Shown here one piece after another: positions 58,425 to 64,000 of a stretch of DNA of 64,000 nucleotides. The position numbers were made by a program, and so were the translations under genes. The notes beneath the pieces are model-generated. The model was not told the DNA's origin, ran no database searches, and saw only the letters and a program-made list of their open reading frames with translations. The stretch's first letter is position 1, and each line of letters starts with the position of its first letter. This DNA is from a virus (Duplodnaviria; Caudoviricetes): positions 57,009 to 121,008 of IMG/VR virus record IMGVR_UViG_3300037067_007848; one strand, given 5' to 3'.

Positions 58425-58982
58425 ATGAAAATGTCGTACATCGATAAACCCTCACAACTAACTGTGTACAACGCGGTGTATGGGTCAATTGGTTATCCGC
58501 CCGAATATATATCTTTGGAAAACGCCAGATTGTCTGCAAGTGAAATAGTATATGTAATGAAAAAACCCTCTTCATGTACATGCGATGTTTCAATAGGATA
58601 TACAACAAAGGTTTTGCGGGATTTTCGGGAAGATGTATTAAGAGAATTTTTTGCATGTTATCCATCCGCAATTCGCCTAGTAGATTGGCATGAATTGGCA
58701 AGGGCGGTCGAACGATTCACTACAAATCTGGCGACTGGAATCGCATGGAACCCCCAAAAAATGGCCGTTATAGATGCCGTGCAAAAACATGCAATTTTGT
58801 CTAACGTAACAGAAGGCATAGCCAGATTTTTCAAAAATAATCAGTTAAAATTGTATAAAGAGGGAAAATGTGTTGAGGTTGTTGTGGTCAAACCACATTC
58901 TAAACAATGTGTAGATGCCAATATGTCAACTATTATGCGTACCACAAATGGGGATTTGGTTTATTCTCACGAATTAAGATAG
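58425..58982 (+). CDS. hypothetical protein
   Basis: AAGGA RBS; 185-aa ORF. Confidence 0.55.
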   Translation: MKMSYIDKPSQLTVYNAVYGSIGYPPEYISLENARLSASEIVYVMKKPSSCTCDVSIGYTTKVLRDFREDVLREFFACYPSAIRLVDWHELARAVERFTTNLATGIAWNPQKMAVIDAVQKHAILSNVTEGIARFFKNNQLKLYKEGKCVEVVVVKPHSKQCVDANMSTIMRTTNGDLVYSHELR

Positions 58983-59148
58983 AGTAGTAAATATCTTGGC
59001 CAATCAAAATAAGGAAATTTGCGTCATATCCCCTGATGGGGCAAAACGCCCACGGCGAAATGGCCGACGGGGACAGGCCCGATTACGGTGGTATGCGTGT
59101 TATCGAACGAGAAGATTGTCAGCACATTTTTGGAAAGGGAAATAGCAG

Positions 59149-59349
59149 ATGTCCTCCCGCACAATTATCGCAAAGCACACAACGGGGCTAAAGACCACCC
59201 ATAATGGGGATGGGCTATACACACAATGCTGGCGACTGTGGAGCGATGGAACAGTCGAGAGGACTAACAGTCGAGGGAAATATCGGCCCACCAAAGATAT
59301 ACCTCCGATGGAAATTCAAAATAAACTAAAGGAATTATCCTCTGTTTAA
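59149..59349 (+). CDS. hypothetical protein
   Basis: GGAAAGGG RBS. Confidence 0.55.
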   Translation: MSSRTIIAKHTTGLKTTHNGDGLYTQCWRLWSDGTVERTNSRGKYRPTKDIPPMEIQNKLKELSSV

Positions 59350-59387
59350 TCACTCGTTAACACACTTTTGGAAAGGGAAGTAGGAAA

Positions 59388-59519
59388 ATGCAATGTCAAT
59401 TTATAGACCCGTACCGTGGCCCATGTACAACCCAGACAATAGATGGCCAAATTTGTTGTGCTGAACACAATGGAGAAATACGAAAAATTTCTACTTTGCC
59501 CCACAAAGTGAATGCGTAA
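59388..59519 (+). CDS. 43-aa CCCH-type Zn-finger-like peptide (not in the ORF track)
   Basis: MQCQFIDPYRGPCTTQTIDGQICCAEH...; same CACTTTTGGAAAGGG leader as the upstream gene. Confidence 0.5.
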   Translation: MQCQFIDPYRGPCTTQTIDGQICCAEHNGEIRKISTLPHKVNA

Positions 59520-59847
59520 AATCGCGTTTGACGAATCCTCTTGGTGGCAATGAGTCTAAAGTCCAAAAATGCCGAAAACGCAATAAACGTGACGCTAGGG
59601 GCCTTAAACGCGAAATGGCTGTTTTTCAACATTTACAACGTCATAGACTTGTGGGTTTCCACATGCCAAAATGGCATAAATTGGTTCCAAATGACTAAAT
59701 TTCATGCCAAAATGGCAGCTTTGTCCAATATTTTACGTCGGGATTGAGCAAAAATCGGACCAAATGGCCCGAAAAAACCAAAAACGAACCAAATTTGAAA
59801 AATCCAAATCGCCCTTAATTTTCCCTCAATTCCTACTTAATTTCCAC

Positions 59848-59875
59848 TTGACAAATGCCGATAAAAGAGTATAAT
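59848..59875 (+). promoter_or_regulatory. sigma70 promoter
   Basis: TTGACA-16-TATAAT. Confidence 0.7.
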
Positions 59876-59938
59876 TGGGATATATCCCAAACCCTTGGTA
59901 GGGAGAATCCTACAACTTTAATGGGAAAGGACTAAACA

Positions 59939-60328
59939 ATGATTTTCGATGGTAAAGACGTTGGGACTAACTATTCCCCCGATGAAATGCTTAGCTTGTG
60001 TCGGGTGTCAAAATTTGGCGGACCATATTGGGATGGGGCAAAAGATTATGTTGAAAAAATTCTGGCCATTTTGGTGGTTGAAAAGAATCCCCAGGCACTC
60101 ATTGAACAATTAACATCAGTGGTCAATGAAATTGGAACCATTAGTATTGGGCAGTCACTTCAACGACTATACAATATATCTATGATTGGGCCCGAACTAC
60201 AAGGGGATTTAACGGGTGTTGCAGCACTAACATATCATCTTGGGGGACATACCTGTAAACAGGGTATTGAGGCATTGAAAAAAGTGTTAAGGCAATTTGA
60301 AATCGACAAAGAAGTAGGAAAACAATGA
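59939..60328 (+). CDS. hypothetical protein
   Basis: AAGGA RBS; follows the promoter. Confidence 0.6.
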   Translation: MIFDGKDVGTNYSPDEMLSLCRVSKFGGPYWDGAKDYVEKILAILVVEKNPQALIEQLTSVVNEIGTISIGQSLQRLYNISMIGPELQGDLTGVAALTYHLGGHTCKQGIEALKKVLRQFEIDKEVGKQ

Positions 60329-60459
60329 CAACAATATCGCCCTATACAATTGTCAATGTCCACCTCAACGACAATCATCCTGGAATACTATATGCCGAGG
60401 TTCACGATCAAAACGGACTTTGCGTAAATGCCACTAATGGAGAAAGACGTTCAACACTT

Positions 60460-60533
60460 GGGATCGTAGCATAACTGGTTAATGCAACGGACTTTTAATC
60501 CGTAGACTGTGGGTTCGAGCCCCACCGATCCCA
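60460..60533 (+). tRNA. tRNA-Lys(TTT)
   Basis: Acceptor GGGATCG/CGATCCC, anticodon arm ACGGA-CTTTTAA-TCCGT, T-loop GTTCGAGC. No encoded CCA. Confidence 0.93.
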
Positions 60534-60591
60534 CATGGGGGAACCCCATACCCCTTTATATTAAATGGGGAGATACACACACGCCGTAGTC

Positions 60592-60664
60592 GGAGCTATA
60601 GCTTAATGGTTAAAGCAGCAGACTCATAATCTGTTGATTCGGGGTTCAAGTCCCTGTAGCTCTA
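60592..60664 (+). tRNA. tRNA-CAT (elongator Met or lysidine Ile2)
   Basis: Acceptor GGAGCTA/TAGCTCT, anticodon arm GCAGA-CTCATAA-TCTGT, T-loop TTCAAGT. No CCA. Confidence 0.9.
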
Positions 60665-60824
60665 CTTGGGGGGCACCCCCAAACCCCCGTTGGGATAAAT
60701 CCCAAACCCTTGGAAGGGAAGACCACCAGCCATTAATAGAGAGAACCCTACAATCCATGTAAAAAGGATATAGACAAATGCACACGACCGAATTTCTGAC
60801 AAATCCGCAAAACTCAAAAACTAT

Positions 60825-61106
60825 TTGTTGGAAGAAATTGCCCTGAATTTTGCAACATATTTAGATAGGGTGGACCGTTCAAAAAAAGAACCAGATGCCG
60901 CCGCGTTTTGGAAATCTCAAGGAGACTCCTTTAAATATCGCACAGATGGTCTGTTGTCAGTCACCGCACGACTTTTCTACTATAATGGAATTCCCCTTGA
61001 GGATATTACCATTGAACTTTACGGGCTAAATATGCCTAGGAAATTATTGGGCGATCTGTTGGCGACACAATGGCCAATTTGGTTTGACAAAAGTTTATTG
61101 GGCTAA
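60825..61106 (+). CDS. hypothetical protein (5' end possibly frameshifted)
   Basis: Frame is open back to 60774, but the RBS-linked ATG at 60778 is out of frame. Confidence 0.45.
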   Translation: MLEEIALNFATYLDRVDRSKKEPDAAAFWKSQGDSFKYRTDGLLSVTARLFYYNGIPLEDITIELYGLNMPRKLLGDLLATQWPIWFDKSLLG

Positions 61107-61147
61107 TTCAAACACTTTAAAAAGGAAAAAGAAAAAGGAGATATTCA

Positions 61148-61519
61148 ATGAACAAAGAACAAACACAAAAAATGATTGAAGTTATGCAGGCATATGTTGA
61201 TGGGCAATTCATTCAGTTTTATAATAACGGATCAAAACAATGGGTAAATGTGAATGATCCATGTTGGGGATGGGGGGATTTTGATTATCGTATCGCCCCT
61301 ACTCTCTATCATCCAAAGGATTTGCCCGAAAATCGACTGGCCAAGATTGTCAAACATAGCGATACGTATTATCTCGATAGAATCGTTCTTCGACATGGTG
61401 ATTATTTATTGCTGGTTGGGAAGGGGAAGGCCAATTGGTTTGGCGGGCTAGATGAATATACCGATAGATTTGCCTGCCAATTAATCGACGGACCAGTTAC
61501 AATTACTTCGTATGTTTGA
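61148..61519 (+). CDS. conserved phage hypothetical protein
   Basis: IEVMQAYVDG..IQ...W....P.W.W...DYRI. AAGGAG RBS. Confidence 0.7.
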   Translation: MNKEQTQKMIEVMQAYVDGQFIQFYNNGSKQWVNVNDPCWGWGDFDYRIAPTLYHPKDLPENRLAKIVKHSDTYYLDRIVLRHGDYLLLVGKGKANWFGGLDEYTDRFACQLIDGPVTITSYV

Positions 61520-62565
61520 TTTTGTTAAATGGGTTTTTGATTGCGGATTTATAGCCCGATATCGGGTGGGGACGCCAAGCCCTGCGGCACATTGCCAGTA
61601 TAAATTTAACAATATTTTTAACAACTTGTTATCATCTCAAAAGAATTGGCCCAACGGGTAGTACGTCATTATATGAACGATGGCACAATCGAGTTGGAAT
61701 AGGATTATGTCCAAAATTTTGAGCAAAATATAAATTCACTCTAATTCGCTCTAATTCATGCCTTGGGGGTTTGGGGGTGTCCCCCAATATTACGATTTGT
61801 CCAAAAACGCCCTTTTTTGCCCTGCACATTTTCTGACTTACGTCGATATTTTACCCATTTTAACACGGGTTGACACCCGAAAAAGTTGTCAAAAACGCCT
61901 ATACTTGTTGCTTTCGTAAAAAAAGTTGGTTCATTTTAACCAGGGGGGGAAAGAAAAAGTGAATTGACGTAAGTGTCTTTTTGTGAGTGTTACGATTTTA
62001 GGAAAAATGATTATTGAGAAAGGTAAAAAAGTGTAACGAAATGTTACACATTGTATCAAAAGTGTATCATTTTGATACAAATTTGGGGATTTTGAAGCAA
62101 AAAGGCCAGAATAATGCTAAATTTAACACAATATTTGAGGAATTAGTTAAGAACTTTTTTCAGAATTTTTTCCTTATTAACTCCCAAACCCACTTTTATC
62201 CCAAAACCCCTTTTTTGTCTCTAATACCGATGGAATATTTTTACTTGAAATACCACTTTATTTTACGACTTTAACCAACTACTTACAGGGTAAGACTTTA
62301 TGAAAATATTTTTTGGTTGAATTTGAGGATTGGTAGGTTAGTTCGCCCAATTTAATGTAAAAAAATCCTTCGCTAAACCACCTTCACAGTTTATTTTAAG
62401 GAGAATTGCCCCCAATGTCTTTTATTAATGTGTATTTTTTGGTCTATACTATTATGGGTGGGATAATTATTAAAAATTTAATCCGAAAATAGGGAAAAGG
62501 CGACATTTTTAGGAATTACTTGGGATTTACAACCTTAATTGATAAAAAATTAGTGAGGAATTATT

Positions 62566-62814
62566 GTGTATTCTATTATCCGTGATCAAAATGTATTGGA
62601 AATGGCCCTAAAACTCGCCAAGGGGAATTATCAGCGAAATATCCTTCTCGGATATGAGGCGATTAGTGGGGCAACACTTAGGGGGCGGGCCAGAAGTTAC
62701 TGCGGGAGATATCGGCGAAGTGCCGAAAATCTTATCAGGCGATGTCTCGAAAATAATTTGCCGATTAAAGAGGTTGTGGGCGAACATAATAAAAGAATTA
62801 TCGTAATTGGTTAG
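62566..62814 (+). CDS. basic hypothetical protein
   Basis: GAGGA RBS, GTG start. Confidence 0.55.
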   Translation: MYSIIRDQNVLEMALKLAKGNYQRNILLGYEAISGATLRGRARSYCGRYRRSAENLIRRCLENNLPIKEVVGEHNKRIIVIG

Positions 62815-62920
62815 GGATGAAAAATGATTGGGGATTAAGAAATTGTGTTGACAAAATGAAAAATCAATTCCAAATGGAGAATGGCTGATTTTGGAATAAT
62901 AAATTACGTTGGGGTAAATA

Positions 62921-63175
62921 ATGAGAAAAAAACGTAAAATTTTCTACGAAGTATATCCTACTGATAATTGGTGGTGGATTCATCAACTACGCCAATGGGC
63001 CGATTTGGGGGATAGGGCTGGGAATGGGGCTTCTGGTCAAAAAACATGCAGAACGCTAAAAATGGCCGTTAGGATAGCCATGAGAGTCCCATCAGGGCAG
63101 GTCACTATTACAAAATATAGGAGGAAGGGCGAAAAATATGTTTATCGAGATTATTACCTAAGAAATAGGGATTGA
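62921..63175 (+). CDS. basic hypothetical protein
   Basis: GGGG RBS. Confidence 0.5.
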   Translation: MRKKRKIFYEVYPTDNWWWIHQLRQWADLGDRAGNGASGQKTCRTLKMAVRIAMRVPSGQVTITKYRRKGEKYVYRDYYLRNRD

Positions 63176-63199
63176 CAAGACGATAATCTATGGTATAAT
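63172..63199 (+). promoter_or_regulatory. sigma70 promoter
   Basis: TTGACA-16-TATAAT with TG extension. Confidence 0.65.
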
Positions 63200-63417
63200 T
63201 GGTGCATATTCACAAACCCATTCAAGATTGGTTAAAAAATCCAAAAGGAGTTGAAGATATTGTCGTATATGATGCCCGAACTGGGTATAGCTCCCCATTT
63301 ATGGGGGATGAATGGTATGATGGTGGGCAGGAGGTAAGTAAAAATAATATTTTGGATAAATATACCATATCCGAATTGGATGAAAAGTATATTTTTATCT
63401 GGATAAAGATTAAATAA
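63199..63417 (+). CDS. hypothetical protein
   Basis: Short ORF immediately after the promoter; start uncertain. Confidence 0.4.
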   Translation: MVHIHKPIQDWLKNPKGVEDIVVYDARTGYSSPFMGDEWYDGGQEVSKNNILDKYTISELDEKYIFIWIKIK

Positions 63418-63435
63418 TGGGTACCCATTAAACGC

Positions 63436-63464
63436 TTGCCAATAGGGCTGGTTTGACGTATAGT
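63436..63464 (+). promoter_or_regulatory. sigma70 promoter
   Basis: TTGCCA-17-TATAGT. Confidence 0.55.
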
Positions 63465-63551
63465 GGGTGTTTGGATGAAATTGGACTTAAGATTGGTGTT
63501 GGACTAACTACTCATTAGAATTGATGACAGGGGCGTTAAAAAGGAAATAAA

Positions 63552-63722
63552 ATGAAAACTTATAAATGGTTTTACTCTATGGGTTGGGGAACAACTGTGG
63601 GAGGATTATTAAATTCTATAGCACATTATGATCAAATCAATGAGGCTATTTTTTGGATATTATGGGCTATATTTTGGACATTAGGGTCTATATTATTGTT
63701 GTTAGTGGATAAATTAGAATAA
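63552..63722 (+). CDS. 56-aa membrane peptide (not in the ORF track)
   Basis: AAGGA RBS. Hydrophobic helix AIFWILWAIFWTLGSIILLLV. Confidence 0.55.
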   Translation: MKTYKWFYSMGWGTTVGGLLNSIAHYDQINEAIFWILWAIFWTLGSILLLLVDKLE

Positions 63723-63757
63723 ATTATAAAAAACAATAATTAAATTAATGGTTTCGT

Positions 63758-63842
63758 GGCCGAGTGGCGGAATGGCAGACGCTCGGGATTTAAAATCCCG
63801 TGGGCTTAATCGCTCGTGCGGGTTCGAATCCCGCCTCGGCTA
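63758..63842 (+). tRNA. tRNA-Leu(TAA)
   Basis: Acceptor GGCCGAG/CTCGGCT, anticodon arm CGGGA-TTTAAAA-TCCCG, long variable arm, T-loop TTCGAAT. No CCA. Confidence 0.93.
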
Positions 63843-64000
63843 CTTAAAAGAAATAAATAGTATATATATTAAATTACGCTGTAACACTTTATGTCGTGGG
63901 GGAAGGGCTACGGAACTGGATGGGGGAAATACACAAAAATAAATAGAGGAAATTTCCAATGCGTATTTTGTATTTTGCCCATTTTTATCAAATTTCACAA

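Noticed and set aside
59029-59080. Hammerhead ribozyme (CTGATG...GAAA)
   Set aside because: The core reads CTGATGG, stem II does not abut GAAA, and no matching stem III or cleavage triplet is evident.
60325-60474. 49-aa ORF coupled to 59939-60328
   Set aside because: It runs into the tRNA-Lys gene. It may be a truncated remnant but is not supportable as a functional CDS.
61560-61600. c-di-GMP-I riboswitch (GGGACGCCAAGCC)
   Set aside because: The upstream GGCAAAC/GAAA tetraloop and downstream receptor stem are missing.
63748-63942. 64-aa ORF
   Set aside because: It is the tRNA-Leu gene read as protein.
1-64000. Stop-codon reassignment or diversity-generating retroelement
   Set aside because: Genes are full length in code 11 with TAG and TGA used as stops. 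No reverse transcriptase or adenine-variant repeat pair was seen.

Overview
The window is a 64-kb piece of a large, AT-rich tailed dsDNA phage (siphovirus-like: no sheath gene, 1,759-aa tape measure). It uses the standard genetic code. Layout: (1) 1-6.3 kb, + strand: seven tightly packed genes with glycosyltransferase, methyltransferase or NTP-transferase folds and eroded catalytic motifs, then a Rad52/Sak-like annealing protein and a PD-(D/E)XK nuclease. (2) 6.3-54.5 kb, - strand: a complete morphogenesis region. In transcription order it has a region-2-only sigma factor, TerS candidate, GDP-mannose 4,6-dehydratase, HNH and ERCC4 nucleases, TerL with two inteins, portal, protease with nested scaffold, decoration protein, major capsid, neck, two paralogous tail-tube genes, LamG/fibre accessories, chaperones, tape measure and tail tip. 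A recurring GTGTAT-(A/T-rich) late-promoter motif precedes many of these genes. (3) 54.55-55.9 kb: a non-coding strand-switch region with -35-like repeats, a G-quadruplex-prone tract and, most strikingly, seven sigma54 (RpoN) -24-type boxes at a 34-bp period. Six have a broken -12 element and the last is intact. Two small HTH genes that align with the RpoN DNA-binding domain lie beside it. (4) 55.9-64 kb, + strand: small early genes (including DUF932), sigma70 promoters, three CCA-less tRNAs, dispersed G/C hairpin repeats and enhancer-like palindromes. All calls come from reading motifs and gene order by eye; no database search was run.
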